This document shows, in pieces, positions 9,218 through 22,669 of a stretch of 64,000 nt of DNA. Every line of letters starts with the position of its first letter. Position 1 is the first letter of the stretch. The DNA is taken from positions 496,001 through 560,000 of the forward strand of contig AP026144.1 in NCBI GenBank assembly GCA_030295235.1, in the 5' to 3' direction. Under the pieces are notes generated by a model that was not told the origin of the DNA, made no database searches, and saw only the letters and a list, made by a program, of their open reading frames with translations. The position numbers were made by a program, and so were the translations under genes. This DNA is from Fistulifera solaris. Its lineage: Eukaryota.

Positions 9218-12200
9218 CTAAAATTTTAACTTCCGCTTCTTGGTCGAAGGCTGGATTGTATTTTGGGAACGTCCAATCACTTTGGAAAAGAGACTTTTGG
9301 AGGGACTTGTCGTTTCGTTGCCAACCACCGGGGAAGAGCTCAATGAGTTTAGCGCAGAAATAGCTTCTAAATCGTTCGCCATAAGATTTGAACTGTCTCC
9401 CCAAAAGTGAGTTACTTTGTTGCCATGATCCGAATTTGAAGAGGTCGATGATTTAGCGGAAGACGGAGTTTGCGGAACGCCAAACATGTGAGAAGGAGCA
9501 GCAGTAGTATCCATCGGAAAATCGGAATCTTTGATCAAATTAGACGTCTCCGGAAATGTATGCAATGTGAGAGAAGGACTTGCCAAATGTTTCAGTGCGG
9601 GAGATAGCATGGACCCAAATTCGCAAAACGAGTGAGCTGTGGGGGTATTCGCTGTGAGACGAACGGCCGCTCGTGTAGGAGTTTGCTCTGTCTGCCTTTT
9701 CTTCGCCTTGATGGGACTTTCGAAGATGCTACCGTGTGCGCTGAATTTAGATGGTGGCGGCATGGCAATTGAATTATTGTTCTCGTTCACTGCTTCGTCA
9801 AAGAAAGCTTTTTCGGGTGATTTACTAGGAGCGTCTCGCGACGCGCCAAGACGGTACGAGTCCAGCATTGAGAACCGACTATTACTGTCATCATTATCCG
9901 TGTATTCCGCTGGATACGCCGTAGACAACTTGGTGACAATGTTCGTTGCCACCATGCTCTCACTATCGCTTTCTATCGAATGTTTCAAACCGCCCCCCTG
10001 ACCTTCGGCAAGCTTTTCAAAAGCAAAGCGGGATCCTGCATCCTGAACTAATTTCTCGAAAGCGGCTCTGGAACAATCTTCTTGGTTTAAACCGAGCTCG
10101 TACGATGGAGCAGGTTTGACAGCGACGTGGAACTGCGGCGACTTGGTTACTACGAATGGCGATTTTTTGGTAGACGATTGTTCAGCAGGTGTGCGCGGAC
10201 GATGGGAAGTAGTATCGGCATTCATCAGAGGAGGTGGATAAATATTTTTCGGATGATCAGATTGATCAGGACGACTCTTCCCCCTTGATGAACTTCTTTA
10301 CGTATCTCTCCTTTCGTGCTGCGAGTGACTGTGCTGTGAGTCGCATGTGGCAAGCTCGGACATTGCGGTAGGCTTGTCGGCGGCTTTGGTCGCACCGTAT
10401 AGTCAATTCTCTTCTCCCTCGACACCGCGGCTTTTATTCTTCTCTGCAACACCAAATATCTTTTTCGAATATGTCCTCTGTCGCGATGAGGAAGATACCT
10501 GGAAGATATTTCAGCCCACATGGTACCAAAAATTGGAACAGCCTTCAGTGTGGTAATATCTTCCTGTAGGCTCCAGCGATGAACATTGAGAATAGCTGGC
10601 GCTGGTACGCGTCGCAATAAACGCGCCTTCTTTTCGTCTACATCATCGAAATTGTCGTACTTTGCTGGAGCTTCTAAATTACCTTCATCATCAATCACAA
10701 CTCCGTTCGCTTTGAAAAGCATAACGCACAATTTTGCGTAGCGCTGTGATATTATGTTGACAGACCTGTCCGGAAGCAGGCGATCGGCCAAAAGAATCCA
10801 TTGCTTTTCACCATACAAATTCACACCTTGAAGGACAAGGTTGTCCTCTCCAAACGTAAACAAATTTCGATTTTTTCGCAAAATCGTGTTCTGCTCTGGG
10901 GTGCACGGAGCAACAAAGTCCACCCCGAGAGCCTCTTCCACGTCGGCAAACAACGCTGACAGATCACGCGCCAAGGGTAAAAACTCAGCTTCGAAGGTAG
11001 CTCCAACATGCTTAAAGGCCTTTTGACATGCTTCCGCATCCTGTAATATAAATTGAGAAGGTGGCTGATCGGAATATGCAGAACGCATGGCCCTTTACGT
11101 ACCGTATCGGTTGGCAGAAGCCGGTCGAGGGAGTCATCGGCCTTCTCAGCCACCTTAGCTGTATCATTCGTCGCTTCGTCTTGGGCAGAAGACGTAATTT
11201 GAGTTTGTGCTTTTAAAACCTCGACACTCTTGTCAATCCAATCAAAAGTCTCTTTCAACTGCTTCAGCCCCTTCACATCGAATACCGTTTCCAACGATTG
11301 CTGTTCCTCCAGGGTTTTCGAAAACTGCAGTCGCGTCAGTCGCTGCGGCGCTCCCTGTTGCACTTTGGATAGAATAGCATTTCGTCGATGCTGGTCAATA
11401 TCTTGTAACATGCCAGTTGCGTGATTGACTATCTGCATCAAATCGGAGGCCGATTCCATGGTCTTACTTTGTGTTGGAGCTGCTCGAGCAGCGAGCACGG
11501 TTTGTTGAAGGAGAAGCTGGTAATGTCGATGTAGTAGCTGTTGCAGCCGTTTGTATTGCGTTTCTGTGACATTCGTTGCCCGCGCAGCTTCACGAAATGG
11601 TGTACTTTGTGACCGCGGGCTTCCTTTTGCGTTGAAATGGATGTGGCAGGACTGCCCCAACTGTCATGCTTCCCGGTGGGACCGCCGCTGGTATTGTGGG
11701 TGAGTGGAGTTTTGGGTGGGTCCAGCAAAGTCGTCACAGCAGCCTCCATATCTTCCTCTTCTAGCCACCCTAGTTCCTCTTCCAGTTCTTGATAATACTT
11801 TTCTCCTAAATGGAATAAATCGGGATCTAATGGCGACGTTTCGTTTGCAGGTTGTTTCGTTTGCTTTTCGAATGATGCTGACCGTGAACTATCCCCCAAA
11901 CCAGTTTCATCTGCATCTACAATCTCATCATCCCTGTCGTCGTCATTTTCGTCATCATCGTCGTCCTCTTTCTCGAGACGAAATTCCTCCGTGTCTTCTT
12001 CCTCGTCATTGGTAAAAAGAGCATCATCCCATAGCGATTTCATAAAGCGACCGTATTCTTCGTCATAATCGTCAAAGTTCCACGAAGGAGGATTAAAAGT
12101 AGATTTTGGCGGCTGCTTGTTACAATTGTGGTAAGGTTCGGACGCAATGCCGGATGCTGTTTCATTCGCCGGCGGATGTGGTAGTGGTTGAGGTGCCGGT

Positions 12201-12544
12201 GGATACTGAGAGTGATAAGGAGGTTGCGGGTAGTGATAAGAGTATCCATAGGGCGTTGAAAGAGGTTGCCGTTGTTGCTGTTCGTGTTGCGAAGGATACG
12301 GCTTGGTGGGATCCGTCGGATGTTGTAAATGTTTCGGAAGAGGCGGCGGAGGAGGTGGATATTGCGGTGGCGGTAACCTCCGTCGCGCTATCGCGTGATT
12401 CCCCACCAATGAGGCGGGCAGATGAATGAACTTGGCTCGTTCCCGTTCTTTTTTCCGTGTCATGTCGGAAAGAGCATAGGCTCGAGCTTCCGCTTTGATT
12501 CGCTCAATATCTCTTTGTCGGGCTTCATCGTCGTTTCCGCTCAT
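9218..12544 (-). CDS. GON4-like/DUO3-like nuclear protein with Myb/SANT repeats (spliced; apparent frameshifts)
   Basis: Joins ORFs 11438-12640, 10821-11660, 10225-11088 and 9218-10225. Contains an acidic region, QYKRLQQLLHRHYQLLLQQ, Myb-like FTFGEDNLVLQGVNLYGEKQW and RWSLQEDITTLKAVPIFGTMWAEIS. Intron ~11102-11042; frame changes near 11625 and 10245. Confidence 0.7.
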
Positions 12545-13117
12545 TTTGATCGCTTTGCGCGAATGCTCAGGAACCCCAGGACAGCTTATAAAGCTAGTGA
12601 AAGTTTCAAAATTTGTTGTTTCGTCGTCGGTGGGAAGCAACAGAGCGCGCAGTATAATATTCTTTCGCTTATTGATTTATTAACTATTGAAGCCTTCATC
12701 ATTTGTCACAGCAAAATGGTCAGACTGCACCAGCCTATTTATCGCGGTCGACGAGAAATCAATTCTGGCGCGCTTTTTTTCCAACCACCGTAGAATTCCT
12801 ACGAGCGTTCGTATGTAGTAGCACACTGCCATAAAATTTTGGTACCGGTACGTACCTGGTATCCCTGAATATGTAGTCGTGTTACCGCCAACGTTATAGT
12901 CGTAGAACCGAAGCGCCTTTTCCGCACAATCCGTTTCTCCACTTTTCCAAATGAGGATCGTATCCATCAATACTTTGTACCAGGTACTCACTCGCGCACC
13001 CAAAATCGGACGGCGCAACCACTCAATCGCGTTCCGAGAAATAGCGCACAATGGATTCGCATGCATTTGCATTTCAAAGTATTCCACTTTATTATCCTCT
13101 TCTTGAAAAATTTGAAA

Positions 13118-15108
13118 ATGGCTGGAGCTCATATTCTGAGTGCTGTGGAGGGTAAGAGCAATTTTGGGTAGCGTTCGTTTTCGTAACCAACTCTCATCAT
13201 CAACCTTTCTCAGGTGCGACGACGGATCTGGTCAAGATCACTCGCGCTCTGATCAGTGTTTCCGACAAGACAGGTATTGTCGACTTTGCTAAGTTCCTTG
13301 CGAGTCAAGGTGTTGAACTACTCAGCACAGGCGGCACTGCCAAGGCTTTGCGAGATGCCGGCTTGGCAGTCAAAGATGTATCGGAGTATACTGGAGCAGC
13401 GGAGTGCCTCGATGGACGAGTGAAAACGTTGCATCCCGCGGTCCACGGTGGCCTATTAGCGGTTCGCGGGAATGAGGTCCACGATCGACAGATGAAGGAG
13501 CAGGGCTTTCAGCCGATTGACATGACCATCCTCAATCTGTATCCTTTCGAAGCAACGGTCCAGAGTGGTGCAAACTTTGCTCAGTGCATCGAGAACATTG
13601 ATATCGGAGGGCCTAGCATGATGCGATCGACGGCCAAGAATCATGCTTTTACGACGATTGTGACGCAACCCGCGCAGTACGCTGTTGTGCAGAAGGCTAT
13701 GGAAAAAACGGCGGCGCCACGACGTTGGCGCTCCGACGTCAGTTTGCCGCGAAGGCGTTCGCATTGTCTGCGCAGTACGACTCGATGATTGCTTCCTACA
13801 TGGCCGAACAACTCAAAGAAGACTCACCAGTGGCGGTTCGCGTCTATGAACCCCAAACGACTTTGAAATATGGATGCAATCCCCACCAAACGCCCTCGCA
13901 AATTTACAGTCGCATGGGCCACCAATTGCCGTTTGACGTTTTGAATGGCGTCCCTGGATACATTAACTTGCTAGACGCTGCGAATGCATGGCAGTTGGTC
14001 AAAGAATTGAACGAGGCTACGGGGTTGGCTTCGGCAGCGAGTTTCAAGCACGTCAGCCCCGCTGGTGCAGCCGTCGCCGTTCCTCTGACGGATATCGAAT
14101 GCAAAGGTAAGTTGAATTGTGTTTCCTTCGTCGGCTTGAAGCACAATAACAATAACTAATACATTACTCAATCCCGATACAGCCTACGAGATTACGTCGG
14201 AGGACGCAGCCAAATTGACGCCCACCGCCTTGGCCTATTTGCGCGCCAGAAATGCGGATCCGATGTGCAGCTTTGGTGATTTTTGTGCTGTCAGTGGCGA
14301 AGTTGACGAAGACACGGCAAACATTCTGAAACGCGAGGTCAGTGATGGAATCGTGGCCGCGAGCTACACACCCGGTGCCTTGAATATCTTGAAGGCGAAG
14401 AAGGGTGGCAAGTTCATTATTCTCAAGGCCACAGATAACTACGACGCCGGCGCTCTTGAATACCGTGAAGTATACGGAATGACTTTCTCACAAAAGCGCA
14501 ACGATATCGTGATCGGAAAAGATCACATCAAGGGTAACGTGGTCACCTCAAGCAAAGATCTCTCCGAAGCGGCGGTTCGGGACTTGATCTTGGCTTCGAT
14601 CTGCATTAAATACACGCAATCGAACTCAGTCGGCTTTGCTAAGGATGGTATGATGGTCGGAGTCGGTGCTGGACAACAATCCCGAGTCGATTGCGTCAAG
14701 TTGGCAGGGCGAAAGGTGGCAACATGGTATTTGCGACAACACCCGAAAGTTCTCGCGTTGCCATTCAAAGACGGTGTGAAGAGACAAGACCGCGTGAATG
14801 CGCGCGTTAGATACATTGAAGGGGATTTTACCGAGGAAGAGAAAGTGCGCTGGCTTGAACAATTTACGGAAGTTCCTGAACCTCTCACGGCTGAAGAAAA
14901 AGAAGACTTCTTGAAACAAAGTACAGGTATTTCAATCAGCAGTGACGCCTTCTTCCCCTTCCGAGATTCGATTGACCATGCATCCAAGTTGGGAGTTTCG
15001 TATGTGGCACAGCCTGGTGGTAGTGTACAGGACGGGCAGATCACAGAAGCCTGTGACGAGTACGGAATGACCATGGCATTCACAGGAGTTCGTCTATTCC
15101 ACCATTAG
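13118..15108 (+). CDS. purH: Bifunctional AICAR transformylase/IMP cyclohydrolase
   Basis: [62 protein letters not shown] and LFHH. Introns 13152-13213 and 14107-14182. One-base frameshift in the A-run at ~13703-13708. Confidence 0.97.
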
Positions 15109-15681
15109 TGTGTTGATGTGTGCAACATAAATTATGATTGCAGGGTTACGTTTCTATCTATTCACCAAGCCGTGAATATTTAATTTCTCTGTTAATAATG
15201 GAAATTTTAGGAAGAAACAAGAAACCTAGACATGGACATGGACATAGTTCTCTGTAGAGAGGAGAGTCTCAACTATGGCAGAAGGAAATAAACGCACAGC
15301 GCAAACGTAAGGTTAATGGTTTTGGACACCGGAGTAATTGGTAACTAGTAACATAGAAGACAAGACTTCTTTTTTAAAGATACTGCTCGAAATCCGGCAT
15401 TAAATTATCTATGAAAAGTTCTTCCCCTATCGCATGTTTATTTTTTTTAGGCAAGGTGTGTAGACCGAATAGATAGCGCTTCGAAACTCTTCTCGCTCAT
15501 TGTGGGATTCTCTTTAAATAACCATGTTGTATTAGATTTAGAGTAGATGCAGCAATACAAAGTAGATACCAAAATTTCACAACACTTTTCTTTTTGAAAG
15601 ACTGTCACAACAAACAACAAATATCCCCCTTCACATTGAAACGCTGAACGTACCATCACAAGAACTCGAAGATCAACTATT

Positions 15682-16776
15682 ATGAGATACGGTAACGATG
15701 GGAAAGTGTCTCCTGAGATTAACACGAAGACCTCAGCTGGAAAGTCTTCTCGGCGCCAGGGACGCCGCCTTCGCCGTGGACAAGGCACAAGTTGCATGAC
15801 AGAGCCCTGGAGCAAGCTGACAACATGGATTGATCAGTGGTTAGGCCCAGACCAGCGACCCACGAGGAGTGAGCTGCTTTTGCCTTGTTCAGGACATTCT
15901 GTTAGACACGAGGAGAGGGACGAACAGTTCAACCAACCAGTTATCAAAAACAAAAAGGCTAACCTGACCCTTGCCATACCGCAAAGCCAAGAGTCACTCA
16001 TTGCGGCTCTTTCACCCTGTATGAGGGACAGCGAGAGTGAAGAGTCGGACTCTGAAGAACGGACACCGGATCGCTTGATCCAAACAGCCTCTGAAGAAGA
16101 CGAGATTGACCAATTACGTCGTCTTGGTAGCTGGGATACGAACGGCACATTTGGTACAATTGGAACAAATCTCTCTAGTTCCACTCTATCAATGAATGAC
16201 CTTCATACCAATTTTTCTCCCGTATTCGACGATGATGGAAATGAAATTGACCCAAAGCTGCTTCAGAAGACGATTGAGTCTAGTAAGAAGCGACACTCAC
16301 AGCGAAAGCGCTTGGTCAAATTCGATTATCCACCCGTTTCGTCAATGAGAGAGTGCCCGCGAGTCGATGAGGATGATTTGTCTAAAGTTTTCTTTGCAGA
16401 AGGTGAATTGGAACAGTTTGAGGATGATCGCATCTCTACGAATGTCGCTGATGACATTGAAATTGTTGCAGTTGCTTCATCCTCATCCACTGAACAGGAT
16501 CATAGCCCTACTGAAAACACGCCCCAAGGTAGACTGGCAAGTAACTACGTCCCCACTCCAAGGCGGAAAAAATCCTCAGGTGAAGAAAGCACGACTTTCG
16601 AACAAGCAAGCAATGCGAAGGAAAAATTCTCGATACAACGGCATCACACGCCTAACGGCGACAGCCCAATCTATCGATCAAGCAATAGTAACGGGTTACC
16701 GAGAAGAAAAGAAAAAAGGCTGATTAAAAGTGTGCAAATCTATCTTCGAGAACGTTCCGTCTATCATTCTCGATAA
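15682..16776 (+). CDS. Hypothetical low-complexity protein
   Basis: 364-aa uninterrupted ORF, Ser/Glu-rich, with a short structured segment (VKFDYPPVSSMRECPRV..FFAEGELEQF). Confidence 0.65.
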   Translation: MRYGNDGKVSPEINTKTSAGKSSRRQGRRLRRGQGTSCMTEPWSKLTTWIDQWLGPDQRPTRSELLLPCSGHSVRHEERDEQFNQPVIKNKKANLTLAIPQSQESLIAALSPCMRDSESEESDSEERTPDRLIQTASEEDEIDQLRRLGSWDTNGTFGTIGTNLSSSTLSMNDLHTNFSPVFDDDGNEIDPKLLQKTIESSKKRHSQRKRLVKFDYPPVSSMRECPRVDEDDLSKVFFAEGELEQFEDDRISTNVADDIEIVAVASSSSTEQDHSPTENTPQGRLASNYVPTPRRKKSSGEESTTFEQASNAKEKFSIQRHHTPNGDSPIYRSSNSNGLPRRKEKRLIKSVQIYLRERSVYHSR

Positions 16777-17445
16777 TTGACAGTAATTGCTCCTTCCCCG
16801 CTTCCTAGTTTCACCGACATGCTCGTTACCTCCTTTAATACGTGCAATGGTAAATATGTTTCTGTTATACGAGCCTAGCCTTTTATTTTGTAATTGAAGA
16901 CCTTAAGTCCGAAGTTTCCGATCATAAATCCATATTTTTATCAAAAGGTCGTACACGACACGCAATTCTACCAAAGAGCAGTATGTATTAACGACAGCGT
17001 TCACTCTTACTCTAGTTTTTGGTCTAGTGTAGACTAATGACCAAGGCTTAGTTTAATAGTCTACAGCATCCGATTCAGCTATGGCAACTTTACCAGGTTA
17101 CGGCCTGGTATGACCTCAAGATTTTCTTGACGTTCCGACCTACATGGCGGAGTACCCAGAACAACGATAGGATGTTAAACTAGCATATTCATTTTTGTTT
17201 TATTTTATTTTACAGTCTACAATGCCGTCGATAAAATGGCGGGACTCAACTCCAGTTGAGTCACAGTGAGTAAATCCACACTTCGTTTTACAGTACTTAC
17301 CCGGTATCGAACTGGCATCATCAAAAATCAAAGCGCAAATCAGTTGTTGGGTAACACGTTTACATAGCGTCGCTCTAATATCTGCAAACAATCATCGATC
17401 CACGCAGTGCCCAAGAAATAAGCCATTGAGCTCCTCAGTTGAACC

Positions 17446-19210
17446 ATGTCCGCGGAAATAGAGGATTTAGTGAACGAGGAAGCAAGGCGTCAGCGAGAAC
17501 GTGAAGAAGAGATGGAGCGTATGCTGCTGGCGCAAGAGCAAGACCAAGAGGAAACGATGAATCCACCGCAAGAAGAAGAGCCACCGTTGCCCGAGTTGAA
17601 TGAGCAGCCCATCTTACAGGAGACTTCTCATTCCCCGCCAAAAATATCCTACCGACAAGCTTCTTTCATGGCGGCCGCAGCGTTGATTTTTCACGCATTT
17701 CGATCGCGAGAGCAGTACTACCTGGCCGCTGTTTATTTATCATCTTCCAAATGGGCGTATGTCATCTTGGGAAATGCCTTAATTGCTTCGTTGGCCGCTG
17801 TATTTGATGGTTTCACCGCTGTCTTTTTTATCCGGATTGCGGCTACAAGAAGCCGAAGGCCTGCAAGATTACTTTCGATGGAATCTTACTGAAACGTGTA
17901 TTGCTTTGACAATGTTTCGCGCTGAGCTCAGTCTCTCCACAGCGATTGAGTTTCTTATTCTTATTCTTGTCAAGTGCTTACATCAAGTCGCTATGATGCG
18001 AGAACAATTGCTTCGTGTGACGGAAGATGCCGTGATACCCTTTAGTGACCATGGAGTGCTCGCAAGCATTCCCGTCATTCGTAGAGGACACGCCAAACTT
18101 TTCGTTTTTTTGCTATTACTACAACTTCTCGATCTCTGGGTTGTTCAACGAGCTGTTGCAATATTGATCCAGAAGGGGCCTTCAGTCAACATTCTTTTTG
18201 CTTTCGAAGCAGCAATATCATTGGTTTCGGCTTGGAGCCATCTCCTGCTATGGACGTTGCATGTGCTCGACGGATTATTGCACTACGGTCATGATCAGCT
18301 TCAATCGATTTTCTTCCGACATATCCTTCATCCATGGCGCGAGTACAAGGCCACACTTACCTTTGCAGTTGAGCTACAGGCGCAGGCAATTCAATTTCTG
18401 TTCTATCTTACTTTCTTCTCAATCGTGTTGACCTATTACGGAATGCCAATCAACTTGTTCCGTGAAGTCTACGTTTCTTTCTCTGCGCTTCGGGAAAGGC
18501 TGAATGCTTTCTTCAAATACCGTCGTCTGATGGCTAACATGAACCGATTTGCAGCTGCGTCTGACGAAGAACTGGAGGAACAAGGAAGCGTCTGCATTAT
18601 TTGTCGCGACGAAATGACTGTTCGTGATTGCAAAAGGTTGCCAGGCTGTCGACATATTTTCCACAAATCATGCTTGCGCGAATGGCTGGTACAGCAGCAA
18701 AGTTGCCCCACGTGTCGAACGGATATTTCCACAATGCAGGCACAAGAAGGAGCGGCGAATGCCGCGCAACAAAGGGGCGAGGATCAAGTAATTGCGGAAG
18801 CTGATGACAGTCATGGAATGCAGAACGCTACTGACGTTGAACAAGAAGTATTTTCTACGAATAATGTGGACACGCAACAACAGAACAAGAACCAGTCTGA
18901 CGCAATACCAGAAAAACATAATGATGCTGGTCTCACGAAAACAAAAACGATTCGATTTGCTGCCACTCTTGAAAGTACTGCCATACCGAGTGACCGCACC
19001 GTTACTCTACTGAGAGTCTCATGTCCATTAGGGGCTCCAGTGACACGATCTGACGGATCATTTGTGCGATTTATTCCGTCGGGGTTACTTGTTCTCGGAT
19101 TCCCGGAACGAATGAGTAGACACGGTCTGCAGCTGGTCAAAATAGCAGATGGATGGATTCCCGAAAGTACCGTTGATCAACTTTCCGAGATCGAGCGGCC
19201 AGACTGTTAA
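17446..19210 (+). CDS. HRD1: HRD1/synoviolin-like ERAD E3 ubiquitin ligase
   Basis: REQYYLAAVYLSSSK, LRLQEAE, TETCIALTMFR, multiple TMs, YGMPINLFRE and RING-H2 CIICRDEM..CKRLPGCRHIFHKSCLREWL..CPTCR. Frameshift in the T-run at ~17824-17829. Confidence 0.88.
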
Positions 19211-19291
19211 TAAACCCAACAAAAGGGCTACATTGAAATCTTAGTTTATAACTTTTAGATCTGACATAATTGGATTCCATAGTTTGACTTC

Positions 19292-20265
19292 CTAGTCTGT
19301 TGTCTGTTTCCGACCTGTGTTGAAAAGCCGACCCAAACCTCTCGATTTATTCTTGTTGACATCTTTATCACCTTCTTTTTCGTCTGGACGCTTCTGAACC
19401 AGGTCATCAACAACATTGGACCATTCACTAGCACTGGTGAAACGGTCCCTTCCACCGCTTTCGCGCCTCGGTGCTACCGATTTAACTTTGTCATCTTCTG
19501 GTGCATTAAGCAATGACGGAGTGTCCGCACCTTTGCTCCCTTGGCCTCTAATACCGGGTTCTCCTCTGTGCTCAGCCCCACCTGATACCGCTTCTCCATG
19601 ATCTTCATCTAGTTCATCGTCTAGAACATCGGTATCAGAATCATTCTCCTCTAAATTGATTTTGACTGACTGAATTCTTCCACCACGAGACCTCGACCTC
19701 GTCGACCTTCTCGACGACGAGCGCGCATTTCTATCTTTGAGCAAAATCTCGCGTCCTCGAGACGAATCGCTCTTTTCTCAGTACTATTAAACCCCACATT
19801 TTCGTCCTTTACGACTTCTAGCGCTGCGATATCCAAAGCACCCGCAGGTACCTTGATCGATCTGCGATTCTTCACCCCGGGACTGGGCGTCCTGGTGGGA
19901 TCCTTCGTACCTTTCTTCTTTCGAACAATAACCTTCATCTTAACCTTGTCACCCAAGGACGGTACCGGATTCAATGCCAATTGCGCCTTCGCCAAGTCGA
20001 GCAATTCTTTATCTTGTTCATCAGAACTATTGGACCGCCCCGGAGAACGCCGCTTCGGGGACGCACATGCTGCAGCACTACCGGAAAACTCCTTTTCGGT
20101 AAACGTTCCACTGGAATTGTTCTGTTTGAGCCCGGATTGAACGTCCGTTGACGCAGCAGCTGATTTCTCAGATGAACTCGTCCCGTCGGCAGAGCTATTC
20201 GTCCGTTGTGGCGTCGTGCGACTTCGTGACCGAAGAGGTGCGTGTCGTGTCCTCCCTCGCTCGCT
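19292..20265 (-). CDS. Hypothetical disordered basic/acidic protein (5' exon uncertain)
   Basis: Open frame from a likely acceptor TTTCCTACAG near 20265 through ORF 19651-20004, continued by ORF 19292-19744 after a probable T-run frameshift. Confidence 0.5.
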
Positions 20266-21637
20266 GTAGGAAAGCCATTATGGTCAATTACCAGATCTAC
20301 CATGTTTATTCGTTTGCCTTTTATATCAGCGCAAAGCCCTTGTAGTTTATCTCCAACCCCAAGTTTTGCTCTCCAGAATGTTTGGATGCAATTTGGAAAT
20401 TGCGAGTTCCCTCTTAGCAAAAAAAAGTTCACTGGTTAAACAAAATACCTAGGGAGAGTACGTAGCCCCATGTCATTGTACTACCAAAAGGTAACCAAAC
20501 ATCCAATCAATAGGTAAATGACCGATTTGGCGGACAAAGGGACCATTGATGACTATTTGTATTTAAAGCGTACATTGCGCGAGCAGGATTGTTTACTGGA
20601 AGACCTAAGGTACTGGTATTTTATAAAGTCCCATTTCCAAGTCACATGTCGCACATGTCGTTCGCAATTCCACAAACGTTGCATCTTCATCTCTTATCAT
20701 TTAAAACGGCACACACCATACACGCACCATCCAAATGAAGCACAGAGCAGTTTCATTCTCAAGGAATAGTTCACCAGCATGGAATCTTTCAAGGAATGAC
20801 AGCGATGAGCCAACTCGAAGGATGCAGAGCGTTTAGAGTGTCGTCTGGACGGAATACATTTAGTACTTAGGTAGTAATCAACTGAGAGAGACAAATCAAA
20901 GCATCTGTATGTACTGGTTAGTTACAACAGAAAGCTATCATTTACTTAAAAATAGTGTCAACGCGTATTGGCTGCTGGCCGAAGAAACGTTGGGAGCACA
21001 AATCACTTACAATCGACTCCAAGCACTGCAAAGCAAAAGAGCAGACAAGCCGACAAAGTGTCGCTTCAATAAAGTGACGGCTAATTTGCCATTTCGATTG
21101 AAAATTTGCGCCGGGCGAGCGAATGCTTCATTCAGATAACCGAGAAGGCAATTCACTTCAGATTTGTAGGCCAACTGGGAGATGATCTTCTCGATGAGTA
21201 AGTTGATAATCCTGAAAGGGACCTATTTTGCTCTGGTCGAACGTCAAACGAGAAAGCAAAACGGACGAAAGAGTATTTGATTGATTGAAACGATTCACCA
21301 TGATTCATTATCAACTATCGCCTATCATCGTGAGGAAGATCACTGGCACAGATACTATCATTGCCTTCTTGCCTTTCGGCGTCTGTGGGGACGATGCTCG
21401 TCACAGCACCTAAACAATGAACCTATATTAGAGCCGAGCTCCATGTTTTCTGCAGTATTAATTTTACAGGCTCTACTTTTATTGATCGATTTACTCTCGC
21501 GCTTATCGCGATAAAATGCGAATGTCAGTTGTGACCACATTGAGCCACTGAGCACCCAATCGTCGGTCGCTGAAGCGCACAAAAAGTTCCCCGTTTGCGC
21601 GCTTCTTTTCTATCCATCCTGTGCAAAAGATCTTGCC

Positions 21638-22669
21638 TCACGGACATATACTGCCACCTGTTGACCCAGTTGCGGAGATAAGTCTGTCAAGGCAGCAACC
21701 TTTGACTAGAAGAGGCCAATTGCAACTCTTTCTCTCTTTGCTTTTTCGCCATGTGAAACGACTTTCTTGTGTTGCGTTCGAGTCGATCCATGTCAACCAC
21801 AAGAAACCAAGGTCCTTTTTGGTAGCAGCAAGGAAACGGCCTCCCCGCCTGTGCACACTTTTTATTATCTTTTCCACAATGCCTTTCTTGTAATCGGCAA
21901 GGAAGTATTCTTCACAACTATCGTAGATTTCTCGGTGGAAGCGCTTATTCCCTTCGTGACTACTGCATGTCCGCCCTGGACAGTATCGAACAATACAAAA
22001 ACAGTACAAGAAGCAAGTCAGACGAGCTCTTTACGGCAGTTCAAATCTTTGATTGTGACGTCGTTACTAACCTGTACCGATCAAAACATCATCACAAGTT
22101 GGTTCGATTTCAGCATCTAGTGTGCCGAAAGCGATAGATTCGATGTTTTTGACGTCGTGAATGCTGTCATCTGAAACAACAGAAGCTGACCTGCTTCCTT
22201 CTTCGAACTCGGTATCCTCTATCGGTTCACTTTCAGAGCCCGTCTTGCTTTCATGAGAAACTGGCGCCTCGATCATTTTCCAAGTCGTTGAAATGATAGC
22301 GTCCGTGTTAAACACGCAAGAGGCTCCAGCAACTTCCACTGAGCACTCTCTTACGTGACCACCGAACGGCGACAAAGGATGAGCTTGCTGCTGACCGATT
22401 GGATACATGGCACGCGTCGTAGAAGTAGGCAGGGCTTGTGAGTTTAGGGTCAAATCTCCATGGCAGCAGTTTAGGGAGACGATTTCTTTGCAATCGTTTA
22501 CAAGTTGGCTGTCTTCACATGCTTTCAATTTGCTTCGCTTTGTTTGACGATTCTCATAAGCCCGAAGATCATGGAATCTCTTCTTCGGCGGCAAAGTCTT
22601 CGAACTTCGCGCTCGGCTAAGATTTAACAGACAGTCGACGACCGTGATTTCAATGTTGTCCAGGATCAT
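21638..22669 (-). CDS. DUF6824-like diatom protein (3' end uncertain)
   Basis: EPTCDDVLIGTG, then an intron (~22071-21978), then RTCSSHEGNKRF..Y..K..IV..I...V...GGRFL, the DVL.GRG..H.GN..GGRFL pattern. Confidence 0.7.

Noticed and set aside
12680..13132. 150-aa minus-strand ORF
   Set aside because: It spans the divergent promoter and overlaps the purH start; no recognisable motif.
13695..13730. Programmed ribosomal frameshift in purH
   Set aside because: The same kind of homopolymer indel occurs in many unrelated genes in both directions, and no stimulatory structure is evident. Sequencing error is simpler.
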